Program-made: the position numbers and the translations under genes
Part shown: piece after piece, positions 49,601 through 61,521 of the stretch
How the letters are laid out: every line of letters starts with the position of its first letter
Numbering within the stretch: position 1 is the first letter of the stretch
Notes under the pieces: model-generated
The model's database searches: none
What the model was told of the DNA's origin: nothing
Seen by the model: the letters and a program-made list of their open reading frames with translations, nothing else
NCBI GenBank assembly: GCA_037445735.1
Contig: JBBIJY010000005.1
Coordinates: forward strand, 1 to 64,000
DNA length: 64,000 nt
Reading direction: 5' to 3'
DNA from: Armatimonadota bacterium
GTDB lineage: Bacteria > Armatimonadota > Fimbriimonadia > Fimbriimonadales > GBS-DC

Positions 49601-52483
49601 TTACTCCTTCGTGATTGTTTCGTCCAGGTTGAGCATCACATGGGCAACCATGGTGAGCGCGGCGAGGCTGGCGTCGTCGTTGCCGACGAGTTTGCGCGCC
49701 GCCTCCCGATTGGTGCGGTAGCGTTCGAGCATGCGGTCGTAGAGCTGGCGCAATCGGTTCAGCTCCTGCGGCTGGGGGAAGCGCGCAGTGCAGCAGCGGA
49801 AGCCGTACCGGATGGCTTTTTCGACGGAGCCGCGCCCTGCTTTCTGCATGCGTTTCGCCAGCCCCTGCGCCGCCTCAATATATACAGGGTCGTTCAGCAG
49901 CACGAGCGCCTGCAGGGGCGTGTTGGTGCGCGGGCGGTTGGCGGTGCAGACCTCGCGCGAGTTGGCGTCAAACGCGACAAACGACGGATAGGGCGCCGAG
50001 CGCCGCCAGAAGGTGTAAATCCCGCGCCGATAGCGATCCTCACCCTCGCTCATCACCCAGCGGTCGGCATTGTACGGGATGTCCCACACGCCTTCAGGCT
50101 GATAGGGGAACACGCTCGGACCGCCAATCTTGCGGCTCAACAGCCCGCCAATTGTCAGCGCGTTATCCCGAATCAGCTCGGCTTCGAGACGGTGGCGCGG
50201 ACCACGGGCGTAGAGCGTGTTTTTGGGGTCGCGTTCCAGCAGTGCGGGCGTGACGCGCGACGATTGCCGATAAGTTGAGCTGGTGACAATCAGCCGATAG
50301 ATGGCTTTCATGCTCCAGCCGCGCTCCATGAACTCCACGGCGAGCCAGTCGAGCAGTTCGGGATGGGTGGGGTAGGCGCCCTGCGTGCCGAAGTTATCGC
50401 TGGTTTCGACCAGCCCGCGCCCGAAACAAGCTTCCCACATGCGGTTGACCTGCACGCGCGCGGTGAGCGGGTTCTCGCGCGAGACGAGCCACTTCGCCAG
50501 CCCCAGCCGATTGCGCGGCGCATCGGGCGGGAAGGGATTCAGCACCGCTGGTGTGCCCGCTTCCACCTCCTCGCCTGGATGGGTGAACTCGCCCCGAATG
50601 CGGATGGCAGCCTTCAGTGATCCATTTTGCGGGTTATCTTCCATCACCAGCGTGGTGGGGATTTGCGCCTCCAGCTGGCGTTTCGCTTCCTCCACCTCGC
50701 GCACCTGCAGGGCGTCGGAACCTGACGCGCTGACGCGGAACCGCCCCAGCACATGCTGCTTCCAGCGCTGCGATTCGAAGCGCAGGGTCAGCTCCAGCAC
50801 GCCTTCGCGCCGAACACGCACCGGTTTCTCAAACAGTAAGCCCAGCTCGTGCGGCTCACTCACGCGCGGAACGATTGCCCAGCCCTGCTCCTGCTGCGGC
50901 TCGGTGCATGTCAGCACGCTGATATCGAAGCCGTCCTGCACGAAGTCGGCGAACGCCACGCGCAGGCGCAACGGCTCGCCGTTCAGCGCGACCGACACAC
51001 CCGTCAGAATGAAGTTGCCGCTGACCGCACGCCCGGAACCTTTCTGCGGGAAGCTCTCATCAGGGATGGCTTCAATCCGAATCGCCCGATAGCGCCCCGC
51101 TAACAGACGCAGCTTGAGATGATAAATCTCCTGGTCCGATGTGTCGCCTTCAGCTTTGAGGGAGCCATCGGGGAGCGACTTCAGCAGGCTTCCCTTCTCC
51201 GCTTTGACCGCCAGCACGGACAGCGTTCGCCATTCAGGTGGGTTCGGGTATCGCTGGCGCAGCTGCGCAAGGCGTTTTTCGAGTGCCTCCAGCTGGCGTT
51301 GCTGTTCGGGCGTGGGCGCCCTGATCTGGGCTTCCAGCCACTTCTCTTCACCGACGCTCGCATCGCCCACAGGGTAAATCTTTGAGTTGTTAAAAAACGC
51401 CAGCATCGCATAATAGTCGCGCTGGGTGAAGGGGTCGTACTTGTGGTCGTGGCAGCGGGCGCAGCCCAGCGTAATCCCCAGCCACACCGTCGCGGTGGTG
51501 TCCACCCGGTCCACCAGCTTCATGAAGTGCGCTTCTGCCTGATCCACGCCCCCTTCCAGGTTCTGCATCGTGTTGCGGTGGAAGCCTGTCGCGATGCGTT
51601 GTTCCAGCGTTGGATTCGGCAGCAGGTCGCCCGCAATCTGCTCGATGGTGAACTGGTCAAACGGCATATCTTTGTTGAACGCCTCAATCACCCAGTCGCG
51701 GTAGCGCCAGATGGAGCGTCGCAGGTCTTTCTCGTAGCCGTCGGTGTCGGCGTAGCGGGCGAGATCCAGCCAGATTCGCGCCTGACGCTCGCCATAGTGC
51801 GGCGACTGAAGCAGACGATCGACCAGCCGCTCGTAGGCGTCGGGACGCCTGTCGCGCAAAAAGGCGTCCACCTCCTCGGGGCTGGGCGGCAGACCAATCA
51901 AATCGAGATAGACGCGCCGTATCAGCACCTCTTTAGGCGCTTCGGGCGACGGTTGCAACCCTTCCTGCTCCAGCCGATGCAAAATAAACGCATCGATGGG
52001 GTTGCGCACCCATGCGCGGTTCTTCACTTCGGGAATGGGCGGGCGTTCGGGCTTGATGAACGCCCAGTGCCTGGCGTTCTCCGCGCCTTCGGGCCACTCC
52101 GCACCCTCGTTGATCCAGCGTTTGATGGTCTCAATCTGTTCGGGTGAGAGCGCGGTCAGTCCCTTCGGCATGCGGGGTCCCAGCTCCTCGCCGCTGATGC
52201 GTTTCACCAGCAGGCTGGCTTCAGCGTTGCCAGGAATAATCACGGGTCCGCTGACGCCGCCCTTGAAGGCGTCCTCGCGGTTCGACAGGCGCAGACCGCC
52301 GTTGCGCCGGGTGGGTCCGTGGCAGGGGAAGCATGAGGCTTTGAAGATGGGCAGCACCTCGCGGGCGAAGTCCACCCTGCGCGGGGCGGGTTTGGGCGCA
52401 GGCACGGGCGTCTGCCACACCAGCCCCATCAGCAGCGCGGGCAAGCCACCATAAAGCCACCATAACACCGCACCGCTTTTCAT
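49601..52483 (-). CDS. Planctomycete-type cytochrome c / DUF1549 / DUF1553 protein
   Basis: CFPCH, CARCHDHKYDP, NPIDAF, PTHPELLDWLA, TPLQAL.LLN. Confidence 0.9.
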   Translation of the reverse strand: MKSGAVLWWLYGGLPALLMGLVWQTPVPAPKPAPRRVDFAREVLPIFKASCFPCHGPTRRNGGLRLSNREDAFKGGVSGPVIIPGNAEASLLVKRISGEELGPRMPKGLTALSPEQIETIKRWINEGAEWPEGAENARHWAFIKPERPPIPEVKNRAWVRNPIDAFILHRLEQEGLQPSPEAPKEVLIRRVYLDLIGLPPSPEEVDAFLRDRRPDAYERLVDRLLQSPHYGERQARIWLDLARYADTDGYEKDLRRSIWRYRDWVIEAFNKDMPFDQFTIEQIAGDLLPNPTLEQRIATGFHRNTMQNLEGGVDQAEAHFMKLVDRVDTTATVWLGITLGCARCHDHKYDPFTQRDYYAMLAFFNNSKIYPVGDASVGEEKWLEAQIRAPTPEQQRQLEALEKRLAQLRQRYPNPPEWRTLSVLAVKAEKGSLLKSLPDGSLKAEGDTSDQEIYHLKLRLLAGRYRAIRIEAIPDESFPQKGSGRAVSGNFILTGVSVALNGEPLRLRVAFADFVQDGFDISVLTCTEPQQEQGWAIVPRVSEPHELGLLFEKPVRVRREGVLELTLRFESQRWKQHVLGRFRVSASGSDALQVREVEEAKRQLEAQIPTTLVMEDNPQNGSLKAAIRIRGEFTHPGEEVEAGTPAVLNPFPPDAPRNRLGLAKWLVSRENPLTARVQVNRMWEACFGRGLVETSDNFGTQGAYPTHPELLDWLAVEFMERGWSMKAIYRLIVTSSTYRQSSRVTPALLERDPKNTLYARGPRHRLEAELIRDNALTIGGLLSRKIGGPSVFPYQPEGVWDIPYNADRWVMSEGEDRYRRGIYTFWRRSAPYPSFVAFDANSREVCTANRPRTNTPLQALVLLNDPVYIEAAQGLAKRMQKAGRGSVEKAIRYGFRCCTARFPQPQELNRLRQLYDRMLERYRTNREAARKLVGNDDASLAALTMVAHVMLNLDETITKE

Positions 52484-52527
52484 CAGATCGAATTATACAC
52501 CATCTCGCACCCGATTCCTGCTCGAAA

Positions 52528-54042
52528 TTAGATTCCATCGATATCGTACAGTGCGTCCAGATAGCGCAGAAGCACTTCGTCGATTATGCCACGCAGGGGC
52601 AACGAGTTCGCCATGCCATAGATAGGCGCCATGCCCGCCTCTTTGCTGGCGCTATCACCGCGCTTCACTTCGTCAACCGACTCGCGCAGGTCGTTCAGGA
52701 ACCGCTCGGCGACACCAGGCTGCGTGTGGCGCAGGGTGATGGCAATATGCGCGCCGGGCGGACGCTGAAGCGCGACCAGATGCCAGCCCCGCCGCGCCAT
52801 GCCGTCCAGCACCGAATAGATGTTGAGCGTGTCGGAAGTGAAGGCGATCAGAAAAAGCGGCTCGCCCATGAGTTTCAACTCTGGCATCGTCTCGATGCCT
52901 CTGCGAATGGCGGTAGCGGTCTCCATAATGCGGCGGGCGGCTTCAAGGTAGCCCGATTCACCCAGCGTGACCATCGCTGCCCAGCCCGCCGCGCTGAGCG
53001 CACCCGGACGACTGCCCGGCAGGGTGGGCGAGGCATAAAGCCCGCCCGGCCAGTCGGTGCAGGTGAAATACTGATAGCGGCGCAGCGACCGCCCCCGATA
53101 CAGCACCACCGATAAGCCTTTGGGCGTGTAGCCGTATTTGTGGGGGTCAACCGACATCGAGGTAACGCCCCGCACGCGAAAGTCGAACGGCGGTACAGGG
53201 TAGCCCAGCCGCTCGATGAAGGGCAGGATGAAGCCGCCCAGACAGGCATCGACATGCAGTCCGATTCGGTACGCCTGTGCCAGCTCCGCTATCGCCGGGA
53301 TAGGGTCTATCACACCGTGCGGGTAGCCAGGTGCGGAGGCGACCAGCGCAATCGTGTGGCGCGTGATGGCGCGACGCATCGCGTCCACATCGGCGCGGAA
53401 CTGGCTGTCCACTGGCGTGCGCACCAGCCGAATGCCGAACAGGTGCGCTGCCTTGTCGAAGGCGGGATGCGCCGTGACAGGTACAATCACTTCGGGCTGG
53501 GGAATGCCCCGCTCGGCACGCGCCCGGTCGCGATAGGCTTTCATCGCCAGCAAGATGCTCTCCGTGCCACCCGACGACACCGTGCCCACAATCTGCTGTT
53601 CGGGGTCATCGGTCGGCTCGGCGCCAAGCAGATGCGCCGTCATCGCGACGATCTCCGCCTCGAACTTGATGGTGCTGGGGAACAGGTCCGCGTGCAGCGG
53701 GTTGCTCTGCGAATGGAGCGCGTAGACGCGATTGAGGAACTCGATATGCGCCTCGCCGCCGTGATAGACCGTGCCCGAAGTTTGCCCCGCCTGCCATGCG
53801 GATGCCTCGCGCTCCCGCAGCGCCTGCATCCATCCCAGCACCTGCGCCTGGGACAGCCCCGTTTCTGGCAGGCGGGTGAAGGAAGGCAGCTCGCCCGTGT
53901 AGGGGTGCAGCTGTTCACGCACAACCGCGCTGACGCGCTCGTACTCGCGTTCCAGCCGCTGACGCACGCCAGGCATCTGGTGCACGGCGCGCTCCGTCGC
54001 CCGCCAGAAGCCTTTGTTGAGCTGCTGCCACCAGTTAGCCAC
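52528..54042 (-). CDS. PLP-dependent sphingosine-1-phosphate lyase-like protein
   Basis: [44 protein letters not shown]...GSRPG; GTG start inferred. Confidence 0.85.
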   Translation of the reverse strand: MANWWQQLNKGFWRATERAVHQMPGVRQRLEREYERVSAVVREQLHPYTGELPSFTRLPETGLSQAQVLGWMQALREREASAWQAGQTSGTVYHGGEAHIEFLNRVYALHSQSNPLHADLFPSTIKFEAEIVAMTAHLLGAEPTDDPEQQIVGTVSSGGTESILLAMKAYRDRARAERGIPQPEVIVPVTAHPAFDKAAHLFGIRLVRTPVDSQFRADVDAMRRAITRHTIALVASAPGYPHGVIDPIPAIAELAQAYRIGLHVDACLGGFILPFIERLGYPVPPFDFRVRGVTSMSVDPHKYGYTPKGLSVVLYRGRSLRRYQYFTCTDWPGGLYASPTLPGSRPGALSAAGWAAMVTLGESGYLEAARRIMETATAIRRGIETMPELKLMGEPLFLIAFTSDTLNIYSVLDGMARRGWHLVALQRPPGAHIAITLRHTQPGVAERFLNDLRESVDEVKRGDSASKEAGMAPIYGMANSLPLRGIIDEVLLRYLDALYDIDGI

Positions 54043-55384
54043 CCGTTCCACCTCGCCTCGCGGTCGACTCGTGCCGATTAAGATAATCGAGAGCCGCCTG
54101 CAGGATGGGGTCGTCGCTCTGGCGGAAGGCGTCGCGCGTGAGCGCGACCGCGATGTTGGGCTTGATGCCGACCCCTTCCAGCCGTCGCCCTTTCGGTGTG
54201 CGATAGTCGGCAATCACGCACTGCAGAAGCCCACCATAGGGCAACTGTACGGCTTTGGACGGCAGCGCGTAGCCCGGCGTCGGGCGGCCGATAATCACCG
54301 CGCGGCGCACCTCCTGCAACGCGCCTGCCATAATCTCCGCCGTGCTGACCGTTACTTCGTCGGTGAGGATTATCACAGCCCTGGTATACGCGCCCGGCTG
54401 GGGGTTCGCCACGATGGGGATAGCGCCCTCGCGCAGGCGCATCACGCCCATCGGGATCGCTTTATCGGTCAGCAACCCGGCAATGCCGCCCGCCATGATG
54501 CCAATCCCGCCGATGTTCTCCCGCAGGTCAATAATCAGCGCGCGGGTGTCGCTCAACTCACGAACGGCTTTGCGCACAGGCTCCATAATCGCGGGCATGA
54601 AGGCGTTGAAGGCAATATAGCCGATATTGCCCGTCAGCCGTCGGCTCTCCACACGCACGGGCAGCGGCGGCAATAACCCTATCTGCTGGCGCACGCCCTC
54701 TATCGGGACGCGCGTGAGCGTGACCTCGCGCTCCTCGTCTGTCAGCGTGCGACAGCGCAAACGCACCTGGCTGCCGGGCGCACCGTTCAACAGCGTGAGC
54801 ATCACATAGTAGGTCAGGAAACGGTTGACCACAGGTGAGTTGCTGGAACGGTTCGGCAGAGACAGGCGCATGGGGTCTTCCAGCTCGTTCAACCACTGCT
54901 GGACGGGCGTGCCGTCGATGGCGAGAATCTGGTCGCCCGGTCGCAGACCAGCTCGGGCGGCGGGGCTATCGGGGCGAACACGCACAATCAACACCATCCC
55001 ATCGACCAGCTGCGCGGTGATGCCGACCTCACCCTCCGTTAGTCGCCCGCGCGTCTGCCGGGTGGCAATCAGGCTGGTGGGTGGGATGACCGCGATATGC
55101 GACTGCTTCAGTTCACCCACCATCTCGTTCAGCAGGCGATAGAACTCGCTATCGCTTCGGGCGGTGCGAACTTTCGGCTCATAGCGCCGACGCACCGCCT
55201 GCCAGTCCAGCCCGCCCATCTTCGGGTCAAAATGCGAGTCGCGCACCGTGCGCCAGACGAAATCGAACACCTCCAGCCGCTGCTGCTCGTTCAGTTCGGG
55301 CTTCGGGCGCGGCGCGAGGCACAGCCCGACCCCAATCAACAGCACGGCAAGGCACAGCGGCAACAGGTTTATCGCACGATTCAT
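54035..55384 (-). CDS. S41 family C-terminal processing peptidase
   Basis: [32 protein letters not shown]. Confidence 0.9.
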   Translation of the reverse strand: MNRAINLLPLCLAVLLIGVGLCLAPRPKPELNEQQRLEVFDFVWRTVRDSHFDPKMGGLDWQAVRRRYEPKVRTARSDSEFYRLLNEMVGELKQSHIAVIPPTSLIATRQTRGRLTEGEVGITAQLVDGMVLIVRVRPDSPAARAGLRPGDQILAIDGTPVQQWLNELEDPMRLSLPNRSSNSPVVNRFLTYYVMLTLLNGAPGSQVRLRCRTLTDEEREVTLTRVPIEGVRQQIGLLPPLPVRVESRRLTGNIGYIAFNAFMPAIMEPVRKAVRELSDTRALIIDLRENIGGIGIMAGGIAGLLTDKAIPMGVMRLREGAIPIVANPQPGAYTRAVIILTDEVTVSTAEIMAGALQEVRRAVIIGRPTPGYALPSKAVQLPYGGLLQCVIADYRTPKGRRLEGVGIKPNIAVALTRDAFRQSDDPILQAALDYLNRHESTARRGGTGG

Positions 55385-55971
55385 GGCGGACTCCCTTCGA
55401 TTTCTTCAAAGGTCTGAACAATCAGCTGCCTGGCGAGTTCCCAGAGTGCAGGCGCGCCCTGTTCGATGCGTCGGTCGAACTGAAGCACGCGCTCCAGGGG
55501 TATGCTGTTCTCACGCCAGCTGCCGCCGTTTGTGTGCGCGTTTGCCAGCACGCTCACGAGGCTATCGAGCGCAGCGGCGAACTGCGCTTCGGGCGTGCGC
55601 CGCTCGATAAACTCCTGCCAGAGCGCGCGGAACTCCTGCGCCTGTTCCAGCGGCAGCAAGCCGAAAATGCGCTCCGCCGCCCGCGCCTCCCGCTCATGCT
55701 GGGTCTGACGGGCGTCCTCGTCAAACACGAAGGTGTCGCCCGCGTCGATCTCCACAATATCGTGAACCAGCGCCATCTTCACCACGCGGAACAGGTCCAC
55801 TGGCTCATGGGCATATTCGGACAGCACCAGCGCCGCGACGGCAAAGTACCACGAATGCTCCGCGCTGTTCTCATAGCGCGAGCCGTCCATCAGGCGCGTG
55901 CGCCGCAATATCCCCTTCAGCCGATCGATCTCCACCAGAAACGCAATCTGTTGCTGGAGTCGTTCGCTCAT
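55381..55971 (-). CDS. HD-domain hydrolase (YfbR/HDDC2-like)
   Basis: ENSAEHSW, HDIVEIDAGD. Confidence 0.88.
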   Translation of the reverse strand: MSERLQQQIAFLVEIDRLKGILRRTRLMDGSRYENSAEHSWYFAVAALVLSEYAHEPVDLFRVVKMALVHDIVEIDAGDTFVFDEDARQTQHEREARAAERIFGLLPLEQAQEFRALWQEFIERRTPEAQFAAALDSLVSVLANAHTNGGSWRENSIPLERVLQFDRRIEQGAPALWELARQLIVQTFEEIEGSPP

Positions 55972-56621
55972 CGCCTTCCGGGTTCCTCCAGATGTTTCTC
56001 GCGGGTGTAGCGTTCCAGAATGCGGCGAGCGAGGTTCTGGAGCATGTCGGGCAGCTCGCGCCCGCGCAGGACGCCCTCTGGCTCGCGATAGAGGGGTGAC
56101 TCCGCACCCACCCACGCGCCCTCCGCCAGATATTTGAGCGCAGAATAGGCAGGATGTCGAGGGGATAGGGCGATGCGCGGCTGGGTCTGGAAGCGCGTGC
56201 GACCGACAGGCTCACCCACCTGCGCCCGCATGCGCGCATCGAGCCGCTGCGCATAACGGGCTAACAGGATGCCCACCTGATAGCGTCTCATCGGCTTGTG
56301 CCCATCAAAATCGCGCGGAATCAGGTCGCGCCGCTTGAGCTCGATCAGCGCGTCGCGCGCCCATGCAGGATGCCTGCCCGTGAGCGCGACCTCACCCGCG
56401 CCCGCCGTGCGAATCGGCTTCTCGAACGCCTCGCTCAGCCCGCGCTCCAGATTCTGAATGAACTCCGCAGTCAGCACGGCGACCTCATAGCCCGTGAGGG
56501 GCTGATCGAGGGCGGAAGTCGCTTTTGGGGGCGATTTATGTAGACGCGGCTCCCGCGACGGCGCCTGCACCAGCATCAGCAATACGCCCGCCATACTCAG
56601 CCAGACAAGTATCGTGTTCAT
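55968..56621 (-). CDS. Secreted protein with SLH-like repeats
   Basis: HPAWARDA, FDGHKPMRRYQV, HPAYSALKYL. Confidence 0.6.
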   Translation of the reverse strand: MNTILVWLSMAGVLLMLVQAPSREPRLHKSPPKATSALDQPLTGYEVAVLTAEFIQNLERGLSEAFEKPIRTAGAGEVALTGRHPAWARDALIELKRRDLIPRDFDGHKPMRRYQVGILLARYAQRLDARMRAQVGEPVGRTRFQTQPRIALSPRHPAYSALKYLAEGAWVGAESPLYREPEGVLRGRELPDMLQNLARRILERYTREKHLEEPGRR

Positions 56622-56883
56622 TCTCCGATCTCCTCAATGCCTGTTATCGGCTCCTGCGCGGCTGCTATCCAGAGGCAGCAACCTTCCGAATCGCCCGCTG
56701 GAGCCACGCCCTGCCTCTTTTGCTGTCCACCATGCGCACCGCTCGCAGCCCTCTGGCTCCATCCCCACTTTCCCTCCCCCTATTATGGCACACAGGCTTG
56801 CCGTCTATCGGTATATGGATTGCTGAAGCAGGGCTTCAGCAGTCCAGAGGTAATATTAGCCAGGAGGTGATAGATAGATCGAC

Positions 56884-57292
56884 ATGGAAGTCAATACGGA
56901 AGTCAATACGGCAAACGCGGCTTTACAGACGGATGATCTGCAGGAACGGTTCACAGGCTTGAAACCCGACGACAGCTGGGCGTTCTGGCATCTGACCCAG
57001 CGCGAGACCAGATACGCCACGCACGGCTATCATCGCTACCCCGCCAAGTTCATTCCCCAGCTAACGGCGCGGCTGATAGAGGAGCTTTCCAGCGAAGGCG
57101 ACCCTGTGCTGGACCCCTTTATGGGTTCAGGCACGACGCTGGTCGAAGCGAAACGGCTGCGGCGACCCAGCATCGGCGTCGACATCAATCCCGTCGCCTG
57201 CTGGATTGCGCAGGCGAAGGTGAGCGCGATCGAACCCAACCGATTATGTCGCCTACCCAACGGAGTATATCGTGATTCTGCGCCAGCAATAA
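56884..57292 (+). pseudogene. Amino-DNA methyltransferase with internal deletion
   Basis: THGYHRYPAKFIPQ, LDPFMGSGTT, GVDINP; then out-of-frame terminal segment YPTEYIVILRQQ*; no SPPY. Confidence 0.75.
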
Positions 57293-57313
57293 AGGTGCGG
57301 TATAATCTCGCTG

Positions 57314-57901
57314 GTGAGAGCGATGAGCGTTTCGGTGAAGGCACGCCGAATACCGATGAGCCGCGAGCAGTTCCTGCAACTGCCCGAAGGTCCGCCCTTC
57401 TACGACTATGTGAACGGGGAGGCTATCGAGGTGAACAAACCGACGGTTCAGCACCAGTATCTCCTCATTCGGCTGGCAAGTTTGCTGATGAACCATGTGG
57501 AATCGCGTCAGCAGGGGCTTGTGGTCGGCGATTGCAATCTGGAACTCCCCAACGGCAACATCTATGCGCCCGACATTCTCTATCTGAGTCGCGAGAATCT
57601 GGGGGCTTATGACAGGGCGCGCGGCTATGTGCGGGGTGTGCCCGATTTGATTGTGGAGATACTATCGCCTTCCACCGCCGATTATGACCGCACGCAGAAG
57701 ATGGGCGATTATGCGGCGTGCGGAGTGCCGTGGGTGTGGCTGGTGGATCAGGAGACGCTGCTGCTGGAAGAGTATCAGTGGACGCCTGAAGGCTACCTGC
57801 GACGGCAGGCAGTGGACGCTCAAACCCCCTTCACGCCCCACCTCTTCCCCGAACTCATCCTGCTGATGGCACAGCTGATCCCGCCTTCAGAAGGGGGCTG
57901 A
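57314..57901 (+). CDS. Uma2 (DUF820) family endonuclease, copy 1
   Basis: YAPDI, PDLIVEILSPST..YDR..K..Y...GVP..WLVD. Confidence 0.9.
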   Translation: MRAMSVSVKARRIPMSREQFLQLPEGPPFYDYVNGEAIEVNKPTVQHQYLLIRLASLLMNHVESRQQGLVVGDCNLELPNGNIYAPDILYLSRENLGAYDRARGYVRGVPDLIVEILSPSTADYDRTQKMGDYAACGVPWVWLVDQETLLLEEYQWTPEGYLRRQAVDAQTPFTPHLFPELILLMAQLIPPSEGG

Positions 57902-57953
57902 ACGGACAGAAATCTGCCATGCGCGTGAGGCATCAAGCGGTATCATGGGGATG

Positions 57954-58565
57954 GTGAGAGCGATGAGCGTTTCGGTGAAGGCACGCCGAATACCGATGAG
58001 CCGCGAGCAGTTCCTGCAACTGCCCGAAGGTCCGCCCTTCTACGACTATGTGAACGGGGAGGCTATCGAGGTGAACAAACCGACGGTTCAGCACCAGTAT
58101 CTCCTCATTCGGCTGGCAAGTTTGCTGATGAACCATGTGGAATCGCGTCAGCAGGGGCTTGTGGTCGGCGATTGCAATCTGGAACTCCCCAACGGCAACA
58201 TCTATGCGCCCGACATTCTCTATCTGAGTCGCGAGAATCTGGGGGCTTATGACAGGGCGCGCGGCTATGTGCGGGGTGTGCCCGATTTGATTGTGGAGAT
58301 ACTATCGCCTTCCACCGCCGATTATGACCGCACGCAGAAGATGGGCGATTATGCGGCGTGCGGAGTGCCGTGGGTGTGGCTGGTGGATCAGGAGACGCTG
58401 CTGCTGGAAGAGTATCAGTGGACGCCTGAAGGCTACCTGCGACGGCAGGCAGTGGACGCTCAAACCCCCTTCACGCCCCACCTCTTCCCCGAACTCATCC
58501 TGCTGATGGCACAGCTGGCTCCGCCATCAGACGCGGGGAGTTCTGAAGCCACAGAGCAGGTATAA
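57954..58565 (+). CDS. Uma2 (DUF820) family endonuclease, copy 2
   Basis: Apparently identical to copy 1 over ~565 bp, different C-terminus. Confidence 0.9.
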   Translation: MRAMSVSVKARRIPMSREQFLQLPEGPPFYDYVNGEAIEVNKPTVQHQYLLIRLASLLMNHVESRQQGLVVGDCNLELPNGNIYAPDILYLSRENLGAYDRARGYVRGVPDLIVEILSPSTADYDRTQKMGDYAACGVPWVWLVDQETLLLEEYQWTPEGYLRRQAVDAQTPFTPHLFPELILLMAQLAPPSDAGSSEATEQV

Positions 58566-59376
58566 TGCACTCAATGCAGCCTTACTTTGCCATCAGCGAG
58601 CCAGAATGTCGGCTCTATAACGCCGATGTCCTGACGGTTGAGATCGAGCCCGAATCGGTCGATCTCATCGTCACATCACCGCCGTACAATGTGGAGGTGG
58701 TGTACGGCGCCCATCGGGATGATTTGAGCTATGAAGAGTATCTGGAGTTCTCGGAAGCGTGGCTGAAACGCTGCTACGAGTGGCTCAAGCCCGATGGTCG
58801 CTTCTGCCTCAATATTCCGCTTGATAAAAACAAAGGGGGTCAGCAGAGCGTCGGCGCCGATTTGACAACGCTGGCAAAACGACTGGGCTTTCACTACCAT
58901 GCGACCATCGTCTGGAATGAGGGCAACATCTCGCGCCGCACAGCGTGGGGTTCATGGCTGAGCGCATCGGCACCCTATGTCATTGCCCCTGTGGAGCTGA
59001 TCGTGGTGCTTTACAAGCACGAGTGGAAAAAAAGCTCCGGCTCGCGCATCTCCGACATCACACAGGACGAATTTATCGAGTGGACAAATGGGCTGTGGAC
59101 TTTCAACGGTGAGAGCCGGAAACGGGTGGGGCATCCGGCGCCGTTCCCGCTGGAGCTGCCCCGACGCTGTATCAAACTGTTCAGCTATGTGGGCGACACG
59201 GTGTTGGATCCCTTCGCAGGGAGCGGCACAACCCTGCTGGCGGCGATTCAGAACCATCGCAAAGCGATTGGTGTGGAGATTGAGCCTGCCTATTGCGCCA
59301 TCGCCCGCCAGCGCATCGAGGAGTACCTCCGCTCCCGACAGTACGCTTTACAGATTGGCGAGGGACAGGCAGTGCC

Positions 59377-59395
<19 letters not shown>
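58565..59395 (+). CDS. Beta-class N4/N6 DNA methyltransferase
   Basis: TSPPY before HPAPFP and LDPFAGSGTT. Confidence 0.92.
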
Positions 59396-60533
<1,138 letters not shown>

Positions 60534-60546
<13 letters not shown>

Positions 60547-61163
60547 TCGGGCAGTGTCGCCCGCTCCTGCTCGCTCAGGTGGAGCTGCACTTCGGCGTCC
60601 GCCAGCTGAATCACCGTGTGTTCGTTGCTGTTGCGCAGCTCCTCTATAATCGCGTCGATCTTTTCGGGGGTGAGCTGTCGGCAGTAGATGTCGCCCACCT
60701 GCATCACGGGCGCGTCACCACAGTTGTTGAGGCATTCCACTTCGGTCAGCGTGAACAGCCCATCGGGTGTGGTCTCGCCCAGCTGGATGCCGAGCTTCTG
60801 CTGCAGATATTCCAGGATTCGGTACGCGCCGCACAGCATGCAGCTCAGGTTGGTGCAGACCTCCAGCATATATTTGCCGACGGGCTGCTTGTTATACATC
60901 GTGTAGAAGGTGGCGACGCCTTCCACTTCGGCGCAGGAGCGTCCGAGCCGATAGGCGACTTCGGCAATCGCTTCAGGTGGCAGGTAGCCGCCGTACTCGC
61001 GCTGGGCAATCCAGAGGGCGGGCAACATCGCCGACTTGCGGTCAGGGTAGTGCTGGAGGATCAGCTCCAGCTCACGGACGGCGCGTTCGGAGAATCGCAG
61101 GGTCAGCTCCTGCGGGCGTGGTGGGCGCAGTTGCGCCGAGAGCCGAATCGGTTGCTGTTCCAT
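60534..61163 (-). CDS. nuoE: NADH-quinone oxidoreductase subunit E
   Basis: VATFYTMY, C..LSC, ECLNNC..AP. Confidence 0.9.
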
Positions 61164-61190
61164 CGCTGGAATTGTACCTGATAGGGAGAT

Positions 61191-61518
61191 AAAAAAGAGC
61201 CCGAGCGAATCGGTCTGCCCTTTTCGGTTCCGCCTGGCTTGCTGCCGTCCTGCGGACTCGGTGCCCCGACCGACATTGCTGCCGATCCTGAGGCGCCGCC
61301 ACTCCACGAGTGAGCAGCAGGCTTCGGGCGGTTCCTATCCGCCGTTCACGCGCGCCCAACACTGGGGCGCGGGCTGCGCGTGTTGCTCCCCGCACGGTCT
61401 CTCCATCGGCTGCCCGTCGCCGGCGCAACGGGCGTCGATGGCTCCGAGCAAGGCTCCCGACGGCAGGGACACCTGCCTTCGCTCGGGCGACGGTCATCGA
61501 GTTTCCCCGATAACCATC
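61191..61518 (-). ncRNA. Putative large structured ncRNA, family unrecognised
   Basis: Consensus promoter, 11-bp closing stem, many hairpins with G-U pairs and GNRA loops, U-tract. Confidence 0.75.
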
Positions 61519-61521
61519 CCT

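Noticed and set aside
56800-56883. Remnant of a restriction endonuclease upstream of the broken MTase
   Set aside because: Slightly AT-richer but too short, with no recognisable motif
61195-61245. T-box antiterminator in front of nuoE
   Set aside because: Reads GGCGGAACC rather than GGTGGNACC, no recognisable Stem I, and the gene context is atypical
61251-61266. GGCACCGAGTC match to the Cas9 tracrRNA 3' hairpin
   Set aside because: Short match without the complementary arm; no cas gene or array in the window
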